Of a stretch of DNA of 57,534 nucleotides, positions 25,651-33,568 are shown in pieces. This DNA comes from a virus. A program made the position numbers and the translations under genes. The notes under the pieces are model-generated. The model was given only the letters and a program-made list of their open reading frames with translations. It did not search any database and had not been told where the DNA came from. Where the stretch lies: positions 1 through 57,534 of the IMG/VR virus record IMGVR_UViG_3300045988_071636. The stretch is one strand, 5' to 3'. The first letter of the stretch is position 1; each line of letters opens with the position of its first letter.

Positions 25651-26046
25651 ATGTCTTGTAAGCCTGTTTGCCGCCTGTGCGACAACCTGGTGCTAAGCCA
25701 GGCGGTCACCTTTACCGGCGGCAACCTTGAAATCAATCTGCCTGCCGGTGCCTACAACAACGGCGGGAAGTATTGTATTGTGGTAGCCCAGTCCATCCCG
25801 GCCACAACTACCATCAATGCACCTGTGTACATTACTATTGGTACGGGGACAGAGCTATATCCCCTTACCAAGCGTAACTGCGCTCAGGTGACTGCCTGCG
25901 GCATCCGTACTCGCACCCGCTACTCCGTCTGTGTGGTGACTACCCCAACCGGCGGCTCGTTCCGCATGTTGGGGCAGCCCTGCTGCTCTCCCAGTAACAA
26001 TCTTGCCAGTATTGACGGCGGTGCTGCACCCGCCCCTACGGCGTAA
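25651..26046 (+). CDS. Cys-rich hypothetical protein
   Basis: GGAGGT RBS 5 nt before ATG 25651 (ORF track 25618..26046). 131 aa. MSCKPVCRLC... CC near the C-terminus. Confidence 0.55.
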   Translation: MSCKPVCRLCDNLVLSQAVTFTGGNLEINLPAGAYNNGGKYCIVVAQSIPATTTINAPVYITIGTGTELYPLTKRNCAQVTACGIRTRTRYSVCVVTTPTGGSFRMLGQPCCSPSNNLASIDGGAAPAPTA

Positions 26047-26058
26047 GGAGGGGTCAAA

Positions 26059-26868
26059 ATGAAACGATCTACTCGGATGATGCTCATGTCCAGTGGCAAC
26101 AATCGCCGCTACAACGACGGACGGAGCTACGACAACTACGATGTCGATGATAAGTTTCGTGACCGCCGTGGCCGGGAACACTACGACAATGGCCGTTATG
26201 CACCGCGCTCTGAGATGATGGAGCCGGAGGATCGGGGCTATCGTCGCTACTCTGATGGGCGCTTTGCCCCACGCAACGATGGTGGCATGTGGGTAGATAG
26301 CCGCTACTGGGATGACCGGATGTACGGCCCTCAGTCTCACTACGGCTACCCCTACGTCCCACCGGTCTATCGGGAGGATGGGAGCGCATACACAGAGCGA
26401 CGGGAGATGAATCGGCCAATGAACAAAATCGGATTCGCTATCTCTGGAGAAGGAGAAATGAGAACTCCGAGAGAGTTTGACCATGACTACCGCATGGACG
26501 AGATGGCATACAGAAAAGGTGGAGAACACATGACAGGTTATGGGGCTGCTTCCGGCTATATCCCTTTCACCAAGGAGATGGCCGATGAATGGTCTAAGCA
26601 TATGGACAACGAGGATGGCACCCGTGGCGCTCACTGGACGCTGGAGCAGGCCAAACAGGTCATGGCCCAGCGCGGGATTGAGTGCGACCCCATCCAGTTC
26701 TGGGCGGCCCTCAACATGGTCTATAGTGACTACGTTAAAGTAGCCAAGAAGCACGGTGTCGGCGATAAGATTGATTTTTACGCCGACATGGCAAAATCGT
26801 TCCTCTGTGACAAGGACGCACCGGAGGACAAACTGGCCCGCTACTACGAGTACATCGTGAGGGGCTAA
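26059..26868 (+). CDS. Arg/Asp/Tyr-rich hypothetical protein with a conserved-looking C-terminal domain
   Basis: 269 aa with AAGGAGGGG RBS. N-terminal half is low complexity (RYxDGR repeats). C-terminal half is globular-looking (WTLEQAKQVM...FYADMAKSFLCDKDA). Confidence 0.6.
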   Translation: MKRSTRMMLMSSGNNRRYNDGRSYDNYDVDDKFRDRRGREHYDNGRYAPRSEMMEPEDRGYRRYSDGRFAPRNDGGMWVDSRYWDDRMYGPQSHYGYPYVPPVYREDGSAYTERREMNRPMNKIGFAISGEGEMRTPREFDHDYRMDEMAYRKGGEHMTGYGAASGYIPFTKEMADEWSKHMDNEDGTRGAHWTLEQAKQVMAQRGIECDPIQFWAALNMVYSDYVKVAKKHGVGDKIDFYADMAKSFLCDKDAPEDKLARYYEYIVRG

Positions 26869-26873
26869 ACAAG

Positions 26874-26906
26874 GGGCGGGGGCAATAGCCTCCGCCCTCT
26901 ATTTTT
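26874..26906 (+). terminator. Intrinsic terminator
   Basis: Stem GGGCGGGGG 26874-26882 / CCTCCGCCC 26889-26897 followed by TCTATTTTT. Confidence 0.7.
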
Positions 26907-27159
26907 GAACTTTTTCATCGGTTTGCTATTTGCACATATTTACACCGAAAGTTACGCACTAGCTACATACTAGCTACAAAAAATCCTGTAAGCATTGCAA
27001 TCACTAGCTTTATTTTCACTACTAATTACAAACACATTAAAAGTCAATCTAATTTTACAACTAAAAACACTAGAATAGCAAGAAGAATGCACAATAAAAA
27101 CAACTTTTTCGAACTTTTTGTGCGTTGTTCTATTTGCACATATTTAAGAAGAAAGTTAC
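26907..27159. other. Candidate attP region: AT-rich, ORF-free, bounded by 49-nt imperfect direct repeats
   Basis: 26907-26955 and 27111-27159 share GAACTTTTT...CTATTTGCACATATTTA...GAAAGTTAC. ACTAGCTACA occurs in tandem at about 26958-26980. The region abuts the integrase stop. Confidence 0.5.
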
Positions 27160-27165
27160 AAATAC

Positions 27166-28197
27166 TTAGGAAACCTTCTGGATCTCTTTAGCCAAAAACG
27201 AAACATCTACGTGCGTATAGTGCTCGGTAACATCTCCATCGGAATGCCCTAAGATACGCTTTATAGCGACTTCGTCCACCCCGGCCATCCTCATCCGAGA
27301 CGCGGCGGTATGTCTGCACCAATGAGGGGTAGCGGCAGGCACTCCTAATTCTTCCATAACTTTAGAGAATAGCGGGCGGTATTTGTATGCGGGGATTGCA
27401 TTCCCGTCATCATCACAGATAATAGTCTTACCGCCCCTGGACAGCCACTTGGTCAGATATGGCATGATTTTAGGGTGCACCGGAACAATCCGATTTTTCC
27501 CGGCCTGTGTTTTTAGGCCGCCCTGCAAATAGCTCCCATCTGGATGATAGGAAAATCTGGTGAGCCCCAAAAACTCAGATACTCGGAATCCAGTATAACA
27601 TAGCATTAGTACGGTATCAGCCCAAGGGAATCCAGAGGACGCCAGGTTCTCCAATTTACGCATTGTGATATCATCAAAAGCACCCTTTTCGTGCTTTGCT
27701 TCAACTCCTGGAAGTTCCACAAAAGCGGAATAGTCTTTATACACGATATCGCGCTCCATTGCGTGCTTAAAAAGTGCTTTCATAAGCATTTTGTCATTGC
27801 TAATACTAGATTTCGATAATCCGTTGGCCCTGTCTTGGTCAATAATAGATTGCAGGTCGTCAATCGTAACCTTACACATATCCTTTTCTTCCAGCACGCA
27901 GAGGCGTGCCCAAGAAGCTTTATAGCTGGCGATAGAGGCAGCTCCTGCCTTTGCATACTTTTTAGCCGACCACTGATTGTATACGTCTCCCCAAGTAACG
28001 GCAAGTGACTTTGCCGGGATATTAGATGCCAAATATTTGTCGAGGGCCTCCTGTGCTTCTTTGGTGGTTCTGTGGTAGGATAAGTATTTTTGTTTCCATA
28101 GGCCGGGCCGTTCCAGGTATGAAACTCTGACGGCGTATCGGTTTCTGCGGTTTGGCCCAAGATTTACAATACTTCCAGTTCCGTTCGCTCTTCTCAT
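27166..28197 (-). CDS. int: Tyrosine integrase
   Basis: 343 aa. C-terminal catalytic-domain motifs: ...YTGFRVSE..., HWCRHTAASRM, LGHSDGDVTEHYTHV. Confidence 0.9.
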   Translation of the reverse strand: MRRANGTGSIVNLGPNRRNRYAVRVSYLERPGLWKQKYLSYHRTTKEAQEALDKYLASNIPAKSLAVTWGDVYNQWSAKKYAKAGAASIASYKASWARLCVLEEKDMCKVTIDDLQSIIDQDRANGLSKSSISNDKMLMKALFKHAMERDIVYKDYSAFVELPGVEAKHEKGAFDDITMRKLENLASSGFPWADTVLMLCYTGFRVSEFLGLTRFSYHPDGSYLQGGLKTQAGKNRIVPVHPKIMPYLTKWLSRGGKTIICDDDGNAIPAYKYRPLFSKVMEELGVPAATPHWCRHTAASRMRMAGVDEVAIKRILGHSDGDVTEHYTHVDVSFLAKEIQKVS

Positions 28198-28218
28198 TGA
28201 CTTTTCCCCCTATTCTGG

Positions 28219-28259
28219 TAAAATAAAGGGGTGATATGGCACCCAAACCTTATCACCCC
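28219..28259 (-). terminator. Intrinsic terminator (minus strand) upstream of int
   Basis: Plus-strand GGGGTGATA 28228-28236 / TATCACCCC 28251-28259. On the minus strand it is followed by TTTATTTT. Confidence 0.6.
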
Positions 28260-28302
28260 TATGTGAGCCGTCCCTGGTGTTGGTAGCACCGGGGGCGGTA
28301 TT

Positions 28303-28605
28303 TTATTGCGCTTTTTTCAGTTCGGCGATTTCCTGATTCATGGTGCGGATCGCCAGCTTAAGTACGGATACTTCGTTTCGCAGTTCCTCGATTTCACTTT
28401 TTGGCGTGATGGCGTCCATAATGGCCTGCTGCCCCTCGGCCAGAAGGTTAAACCGGGTGGTGACCTCCGTGTCCAGCAGTAGTTTCATGCGTCTGGTGCT
28501 TTCGTCCAGGATTTCCTGCTTCTGCTTCTCCAGCTTCTGGTCGATGCGGGATTCCATCCCCTTCATCATTTCCGCGATTGCCTGCAAATCTTTTTCGTCC
28601 AGCAT
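28303..28605 (-). CDS. Coiled-coil hypothetical protein
   Basis: Internal ATG at 28605 of ORF 28303..28710. 100 aa, heptad-rich (MLDEKDLQAIAEMMKGMESRIDQKLEKQKQE...). Confidence 0.55.
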   Translation of the reverse strand: MLDEKDLQAIAEMMKGMESRIDQKLEKQKQEILDESTRRMKLLLDTEVTTRFNLLAEGQQAIMDAITPKSEIEELRNEVSVLKLAIRTMNQEIAELKKAQ

Positions 28606-28625
28606 ACTATATCTACCCTTTCTCT

Positions 28626-29024
28626 TTACTGCAACGGCATGCCTGCCTTGTCCCGGAAACTGCCTACAGCTATCATAATGATGTCGATAATCCAGCCGAC
28701 TCCAAGACAACCAGCAGTCAACAACCAGATAATTCCGGTTCCGAGTTTCCCGACATAAAAGCGGTGTATCCCAAGACCGCCAACGAAAATAGACAGGAGC
28801 AGAGCGACGGTTTTACTCTTATAGGGGTAATCGCTTCCATTGTTATTGATAATTACCTGAGACGGGTCTTGCCTGAGCGCCTCGATTTGTTTTCCGCACT
28901 TAGGGCAAACAACACAGTCAATGTCGATGCGCTCGCCACAATATTTGCAAAACTTTTTGGGCGATTCGGGTGGAGTGGTCTGGCCGACTTCTGGGTTAGT
29001 CCCGTTGATAGCTTCATTTTCCAT
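28626..29024 (-). CDS. Zinc-ribbon plus TM2-domain membrane protein
   Basis: CKYCGERIDIDCVVCPKCG zinc ribbon, then LLLSIFVGGLGIHRFYVGKLGTGIIWLLT...WIIDIIMI (TM2 signature). Confidence 0.75.
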   Translation of the reverse strand: MENEAINGTNPEVGQTTPPESPKKFCKYCGERIDIDCVVCPKCGKQIEALRQDPSQVIINNNGSDYPYKSKTVALLLSIFVGGLGIHRFYVGKLGTGIIWLLTAGCLGVGWIIDIIMIAVGSFRDKAGMPLQ

Positions 29025-29320
29025 ATCCCATTCTCCTCTCTATTTTACCGACCTCTGGCGGTAGGTTCCATAAATACAATTCTGCTGCTAGATTCTCGTT
29101 CTGTTTGGCAATCATGGGTTGGTGTACCATATCATAAGCATAGTCCAATAATCCGTTCTTTTCCAATGAAGCAATCTTTTAGCATATAGAAAATAAGCTG
29201 CCACAATTTGGTGATAACACATATTGCTTAAATAGAACTAATGTTCTATAATGATAAACAAGGGGAACAAAATTCCCAACCAAAATCTTGGTAAGGTGAA
29301 AATTGGGAGGAGGGCGCGAA

Positions 29321-29428
29321 GTGACGCCAAAAGAAAAAAGGCTAAAAGAAATCGAAAAGATCGTGTCAGAAATGCCGGAAGATAAAGTTAAGCGGGTGTA
29401 CCAGTTTGTTCTCCACATTGCAAAATAG
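29321..29428 (+). CDS. Hypothetical small protein (35 aa)
   Basis: GGGAGGAGGG RBS then GTG 29321. An upstream promoter has TTGCTT-17-TATAAT with a TAGAAC/GTTCTA palindrome. Below the ORF-track cutoff. Confidence 0.4.
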   Translation: MTPKEKRLKEIEKIVSEMPEDKVKRVYQFVLHIAK

Positions 29429-29437
29429 AATCGCATT

Positions 29438-29476
29438 AAAGCCGACTGCCTAGTTAGGTGGTCGGCTTTTCTTTTT
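29438..29476. terminator. Bidirectional terminator
   Basis: Stem AAAGCCGAC 29438-29446 / GTCGGCTTT 29461-29469, T-rich on both sides. The repressor stop lies in the loop. Confidence 0.65.
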
Positions 29477-29843
29477 GCATTTCCTCGACCAATTTGTTCG
29501 CCATATCCTCCAACATCTCCCATTGGTCAGAGGATAATCTAGCAAGTACAGATATAAGGCGGCGCTTAAAGTCCGGTTCCCCACTCAAAATATCTCCAAA
29601 AAAGGCCGCTAATTCCTCTTCTCGGCTACGCTGTAGAAACATATCACCTTCTCCAGTACGAAGCCATTCTTCATTTACATTAAATTCACGACAGATATCC
29701 ATGATAGTTCTATCACTTGGATCTATTGCTCCAGTTTCATAGCTTGTTACGGTGTTCCGCTTTATTCCGATTGCATCCGCAAAGGCTTGCTGAGTTTTTC
29801 CACAGCATTTTCTAGCCTCTTTAATTCTATCTCCAATTCCCAT
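29454..29843 (-). CDS. CI-like repressor (XRE-family HTH)
   Basis: ATG at 29843 after GGGGGTGAG. IGDRIKEARKCCGKTQQAFADAIGIKRNTVTSYETG is an HTH_3 signature. Divergent from a Cro-position ORF. Confidence 0.8.
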   Translation of the reverse strand: MGIGDRIKEARKCCGKTQQAFADAIGIKRNTVTSYETGAIDPSDRTIMDICREFNVNEEWLRTGEGDMFLQRSREEELAAFFGDILSGEPDFKRRLISVLARLSSDQWEMLEDMANKLVEEMQKEKPTT

Positions 29844-29902
29844 AAAACTCACCCCCTTGGATGAGCTTATTATAAAACACAGAATAAATTGTGTCAATAG
29901 AG

Positions 29903-29957
29903 AATGTCATTCAACGACTAAAAATATCTTGACAAATGGCATTAAATGACGTATACT
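29903..29957 (+). promoter_or_regulatory. Early rightward promoter with AATGNCATT operator palindromes
   Basis: TTGACA 29929-29934, 17-nt spacer, TATACT 29952-29957. AATGTCATT at 29903-29911 and AATGGCATT at 29935-29943. Confidence 0.6.
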
Positions 29958-29991
29958 TGTCATAGAACGACATGATACAGGAGGTGACGAT

Positions 29992-30153
29992 ATGAGCGAG
30001 AAAGAGCGCAATATTGCCGAAAGCCTGACGCGTGCTTGTGAACTTCTTCCAGACGGAAAGAAAGAGTATTTGATCGGGTATGCAGAAGGCGTAGCAGCTA
30101 TGGCGGAGAAGGCCAAGGAGCACACCAATGGAGAAAAAGAAGCCCGCCCGTGA
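29992..30153 (+). CDS. Small protein in the Cro position (53 aa)
   Basis: AGGAGGTG RBS then ATG 29992. Divergent from the repressor. No clear HTH recognised. Below the ORF-track cutoff. Confidence 0.45.
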   Translation: MSEKERNIAESLTRACELLPDGKKEYLIGYAEGVAAMAEKAKEHTNGEKEARP

Positions 30154-30179
30154 CGGGGCGGGGGAAAGAGGGGAAAGCG

Positions 30180-30344
30180 ATGGAAAGAGTGGTTTTAAGA
30201 AACGATGGGCATAACACAAAGCTGGAAATTGACGGCGTGGAAATACAGAATTTATACAGCGTAAAAATTGAAAAAACGCCGGATGGCCCCATAAGAATAG
30301 AACTATCCGGCTCCGTGACTAATGAAGTCCTAATTGAGACTTAA
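30180..30344 (+). CDS. Hypothetical small protein
   Basis: Internal ATG 30180 of ORF 30150..30344. 54 aa. Confidence 0.4.
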   Translation: MERVVLRNDGHNTKLEIDGVEIQNLYSVKIEKTPDGPIRIELSGSVTNEVLIET

Positions 30345-30699
30345 TGATTTCTGTTACTACGGCTGATGCAATTTGAGAAATGGCATTCAACGATTTTGAA
30401 CCGACTTTAGATGACACAGCTTTGACATTATTCCAAATCGTATTTTCCCGGATGTTCGCAAGGAATTCATGGCCCTTTGGAGTTAAATCTACAACTTCCC
30501 AGCCGCCATCAATACCACGTTTGAATTTGTAAAACATACCAGCCATATCACATTGGCGAGCATGGTATGCAATTTCTTCTACACTGTAATTTCCGTGTAT
30601 TTTATCTAAATCTATTCTGGAATCAAAGTAGTGTCCAGTATCGCATATGGCTTCTACGGTCAAAAGAATATCTCGAATACAATCAGGATTTAGTTTCAT
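30319..30699 (-). CDS. DUF2513 / YjcQ-like winged-helix protein
   Basis: 126 aa. MKLNPDCIRDILLTVE... is the typical DUF2513 N-terminus. Confidence 0.6.
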   Translation of the reverse strand: MKLNPDCIRDILLTVEAICDTGHYFDSRIDLDKIHGNYSVEEIAYHARQCDMAGMFYKFKRGIDGGWEVVDLTPKGHEFLANIRENTIWNNVKAVSSKVGSKSLNAISQIASAVVTEIIKSQLGLH

Positions 30700-30837
30700 T
30701 TCTCAATACCTCCTTTTCGCCAGTATACCATGGCAAGGAAGGAACCACAACAAAAAGCGCCCCGGCCAGTGGTGACGCACCGACCAGGGCATGACACCAC
30801 GTAAGCACGCTACGAGGTATCGGAGACAGTATATCAC

Positions 30838-30872
30838 ATCCTCCGGCCTCTGGCAAGATTGGAGGATTTTTT
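30838..30872 (+). terminator. Hairpin plus T6; the 3' arm is the SD of the next ORF
   Basis: ATCCTCC 30838-30844 / GGAGGAT 30861-30867, then TTTTT and ATG 30873. Confidence 0.5.
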
Positions 30873-31079
30873 ATGACCAAAGATGGACAGCTCAACGAGA
30901 GCAGTACGAAGCGGGAGATTGAGAACCGCTTCAGCAATGCGCGACGCGTCATGGACGACCTATGCCGGTCCTATTACGGGATGACTTGGGACGAGCATGA
31001 GCGGTTGCATGGCGAAAGGAGGGAGGATAGCCATGAGGCCAAGAACGAGAGAGCGGCCACCGGTTCCAACGGACAATGA
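30873..31079 (+). CDS. Hypothetical protein
   Basis: 68-aa ORF with GGAGGA RBS. Confidence 0.5.
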   Translation: MTKDGQLNESSTKREIENRFSNARRVMDDLCRSYYGMTWDEHERLHGERREDSHEAKNERAATGSNGQ

Positions 31080-31362
31080 GATACTAGCATATGACAATGT
31101 TCCCTTGGACGTTGCGGCCCGATATCTGGACTGGCCCGAACAAACGGTAAGGCTGGCGCTCAGAGAAGGCCGGGCAACCTTCGGGATTGCGGTCAAGGAC
31201 AAGGCGCTTACATACAAAATCAGCCCCGGAGGGCTGGTTAAATACAAGCGGGAGGGCGTACCGTGCTTTGACTACGAAACCATCGTACACATGATACGGA
31301 CGGCGGTGGCGAGCACCATTCAAAGCGAAATGAGCGATTTCAAGACAGAGCTTTTCAACTAA
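31033..31362 (+). CDS. Putative DNA-binding protein (excisionase/HTH-like)
   Basis: Internal ATG 31033 after AGGAGGGAGG. ...LAYDNVPLDVAARYLDWPEQTVRLALREGR resembles MerR/Xis-type HTH. Confidence 0.45.
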   Translation: MRPRTRERPPVPTDNEILAYDNVPLDVAARYLDWPEQTVRLALREGRATFGIAVKDKALTYKISPGGLVKYKREGVPCFDYETIVHMIRTAVASTIQSEMSDFKTELFN

Positions 31363-31380
31363 TGAAAGAGAGTGAAAATT

Positions 31381-31542
31381 ATGGGAGCACAAACCGAGCG
31401 CGACAGGCGCGCAAAAGCATACAGCTACCGGGCCTACCGCCGCCGGGTACAGCAGGCGCAGGCGATGGCCCAGCGGGTACAACTGGCGGTGGTTGCCGGA
31501 GCGGCGCTTGTGTTGGCTGTTGTGGTGGCGGCGAGCCTATGA
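31381..31542 (+). CDS. Small membrane protein (53 aa)
   Basis: ATG 31381. Basic N-terminus and hydrophobic C-terminus. Preferred over the Gly/Pro-rich frame of ORF 31362..31784. ATGA overlap with the next gene. Confidence 0.45.
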   Translation: MGAQTERDRRAKAYSYRAYRRRVQQAQAMAQRVQLAVVAGAALVLAVVVAASL

Positions 31543-31784
31543 AGAAGCAACTGATCGTTACCACTGTGTACCTGTTCTTTTTGTTGACGCTGGTTGCACT
31601 AGTTGAAATCATCTGGAACCAGGAGCCGGAGCAGCCAGCCATTGAGACCCCGGCGGCAACCACCACCCCGTCCCCCACGCCCACCGGCCCGCTCACCATC
31701 CAGATCACCGGCCTGGAGGGCGCGGAGAGCATCGACGATGTGTGGGCGGTCATCGAAATACCTGGAGGGAACGAAAATGAATGA
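31539..31784 (+). CDS. Small membrane-anchored protein (81 aa)
   Basis: MKKQLIVTTVYLFFLLTLVALVEII TM helix followed by a Thr/Pro linker. Confidence 0.5.
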   Translation: MKKQLIVTTVYLFFLLTLVALVEIIWNQEPEQPAIETPAATTTPSPTPTGPLTIQITGLEGAESIDDVWAVIEIPGGNENE

Positions 31785-32127
31785 AACCCTAGATTTTATC
31801 GAAATTGGCACTGACGAAGAGATAATCCAGAAGACGGGCACAGAGCAATACGTGAAGCTGGCAAGCCCGAACACCGCCCTATATGTGAGTTCCGCCACCG
31901 CAAAGTGTATCCCCAACATATTGCCTCGAGTCCTGATCGGCAAGGCCGGAAAGTATCTGCTATTCCATTTCACCGACAGCAAAAAAGGCTTTGCTGTGTC
32001 GAGATATTCCGGCGGGTTTTCGATCCCGATGGCCGGCGTCGTCAGAAAACTCGGGATAAGGCCGGAGCAGGTAAATGGCAAGCGCCCAAAGCTCATCAAA
32101 GATGGCTTTGCAATCGAGCTATATTAA
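31777..32127 (+). CDS. Hypothetical protein
   Basis: Internal ATG 31777 (GGAGGGAACGAAA upstream) of ORF 31603..32127. 116 aa. Confidence 0.55.
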   Translation: MNETLDFIEIGTDEEIIQKTGTEQYVKLASPNTALYVSSATAKCIPNILPRVLIGKAGKYLLFHFTDSKKGFAVSRYSGGFSIPMAGVVRKLGIRPEQVNGKRPKLIKDGFAIELY

Positions 32128-32167
32128 AAAGCGCCGCTCCCCGGTGTGCGAAACCGGAGGGCGGCAA
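32127..32167 (+). repeat. 41-nt direct repeat, copy 1 (hairpin-forming), 5' flank of the pentapeptide gene
   Basis: AAAAGCGCCGCTCCCCGGTGTGCGAAACCGGAGGGCGGCAA is identical to 32870-32910. Confidence 0.9.
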
Positions 32168-32214
32168 GACAAAAGCTATCTGCCCTTATTTTAGGGCTGG
32201 GAGGAGGGAGCAAA

Positions 32215-32871
32215 ATGGACTTAAAAAAGATTTTGGACGAGCATCTCCTTTGGCTGAATGGAGAGGGCGGCAGCCGTGCCGACCTGTTCGGTTCCGACCT
32301 GCGCGGTGCCGACCTGTTCGGTGCCAACCTGCGCGGTGCCAACCTGCGCGGTGCCGACCTGCGCGGTGCCGACCTGCGCGGTGCCAACCTGTGCGGTGCC
32401 AACCTGAGCTGTGCCGACCTGCGCGGTGCCAACCTGAGCGGTGCCGACCTGTTCGGTGCCGACCTGAGCGGTGCCAACCTGCGCGGTGCCAACCTGAGCC
32501 GTGCATCTATGGATCAAATGATATGGGATATTCATACAGCTTTTTACCCGCTGCAATGCCCAGATTCCGGTTCTTATATCGGCTATAAAAAGGCAAGTGG
32601 CCTTGTTGTGGAGTTGGAAATCCCCGCAGATGCACGCCGGTCCTCCGCTACTAGCCGAAAATGCCGCGCCAGTAAGGCCAAGGTATTGAGTATCACAGAT
32701 ATCAACGGAAATCCTGGGGGCGACCAAGTAAGGAGTAATTTTGATCCGAACTTTGTTTATGCCATAGGCGAAACCGTTGAGGTGACTGATTTCGACGATA
32801 ACCGATGGAACGAGTGCTCTACTGGCATTCATCATTTTATTACACGGGCGGAAGCCGTTATTTACGAATAA
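32215..32871 (+). CDS. Pentapeptide-repeat protein with a C-terminal non-repeat domain (DUF5758-like)
   Basis: ATG 32215 after GGAGGAGGGAG. About 15 tandem A(D/N)L(R/F/S)G pentapeptides are encoded by 15-bp DNA repeats at 32281-32500. A roughly 120-aa globular C-terminal domain follows. Confidence 0.85.
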   Translation: MDLKKILDEHLLWLNGEGGSRADLFGSDLRGADLFGANLRGANLRGADLRGADLRGANLCGANLSCADLRGANLSGADLFGADLSGANLRGANLSRASMDQMIWDIHTAFYPLQCPDSGSYIGYKKASGLVVELEIPADARRSSATSRKCRASKAKVLSITDINGNPGGDQVRSNFDPNFVYAIGETVEVTDFDDNRWNECSTGIHHFITRAEAVIYE

Positions 32872-32910
32872 AAGCGCCGCTCCCCGGTGTGCGAAACCGG
32901 AGGGCGGCAA
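32870..32910 (+). repeat. 41-nt direct repeat, copy 2, 3' flank of the pentapeptide gene
   Basis: Identical to 32127-32167. Both copies begin at the stop codon of the preceding gene. Confidence 0.9.
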
Positions 32911-32923
32911 AAAGGAGAATAAA

Positions 32924-33142
32924 ATGAAACCTATCATTATTAAAACATATCCTGCACCAGAAAGCAAGTGTGAATTGGTGCGATTACAGAAGGATGCGAA
33001 TGATGTCGTAGCTTCCCTACAAAGGTGCTCTGGACTCACAAAGGCCTATATCGTTTCTGAAATCATTCGGCAGGCCGCTCCTTATGTGGAATTCAAGTTA
33101 CAGGAGGTAACATTCAGTTATGAACCCGATACAGAATCCTGA
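32924..33142 (+). CDS. Hypothetical protein
   Basis: 72-aa ORF with AAAGGAGAA RBS. Confidence 0.55.
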   Translation: MKPIIIKTYPAPESKCELVRLQKDANDVVASLQRCSGLTKAYIVSEIIRQAAPYVEFKLQEVTFSYEPDTES

Positions 33143-33335
33143 TGCGCAGGCCCGCCCTCCGGTTTCACATTGTGGACGGTGTGACGGAGAGGTTTGGAGT
33201 GACGAGCCAATCTTCCAGTGGGATGGACAATGGATTTGTCTGGATTGTTTCAAAGATGCTATTAAGGCAATGCTGGAAGACGACCCGGTTTTGCTTGCCT
33301 ATGAAATGCAGGTAGAGGTGGTGAGATATATTTGA
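33120..33335 (+). CDS. Small zinc-ribbon-like protein
   Basis: 71 aa. CGRCDG...CLDC pairs. Confidence 0.5.
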   Translation: MNPIQNPDAQARPPVSHCGRCDGEVWSDEPIFQWDGQWICLDCFKDAIKAMLEDDPVLLAYEMQVEVVRYI

Positions 33336-33568
33336 AAGCCTCTGGAAATTGCGTGACCTTTTATAAAACAGGGAAAGCAACGGTGTTGGTTCACTATCCC
33401 AATGGGGATGTTTGTTGCAGATGGTGTCCGTATGTCCGATACGACGAAAGTCTACGGCGGCACCGCTGCTTATTCACTGGTGAATACCTCCCGTTCCCGT
33501 TAGAGACACGGGGAAATGAATGCCCGGTTATTTTAGAGGAAGGAGAAACAGAATGGGGATCCCAGTGA
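33332..33568 (+). CDS. Small Cys-rich protein
   Basis: 78 aa with a start/stop overlap. CCRWCP...HRC. Confidence 0.45.
   Translation: MKASGNCVTFYKTGKATVLVHYPNGDVCCRWCPYVRYDESLRRHRCLFTGEYLPFPLETRGNECPVILEEGETEWGSQ

Noticed and set aside
25855-26754. 299-aa minus-strand ORF
   Set aside because: It is antisense to 25651-26046 and 26059-26868, which have strong RBSs and plausible proteins.
32281-32500. Short tandem DNA repeats that could be mistaken for a CRISPR array
   Set aside because: The 15-bp units are contiguous with no spacers, and they lie in-frame inside a coding sequence as pentapeptide repeats.
32221-33039. 272-aa minus-strand ORF with GTAQV repeats, and the plus-strand ORF 31905-32588 with RCQPA repeats
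   Set aside because: These are alternative-frame and antisense readings of the 15-bp tandem repeats that encode the pentapeptide-repeat protein.
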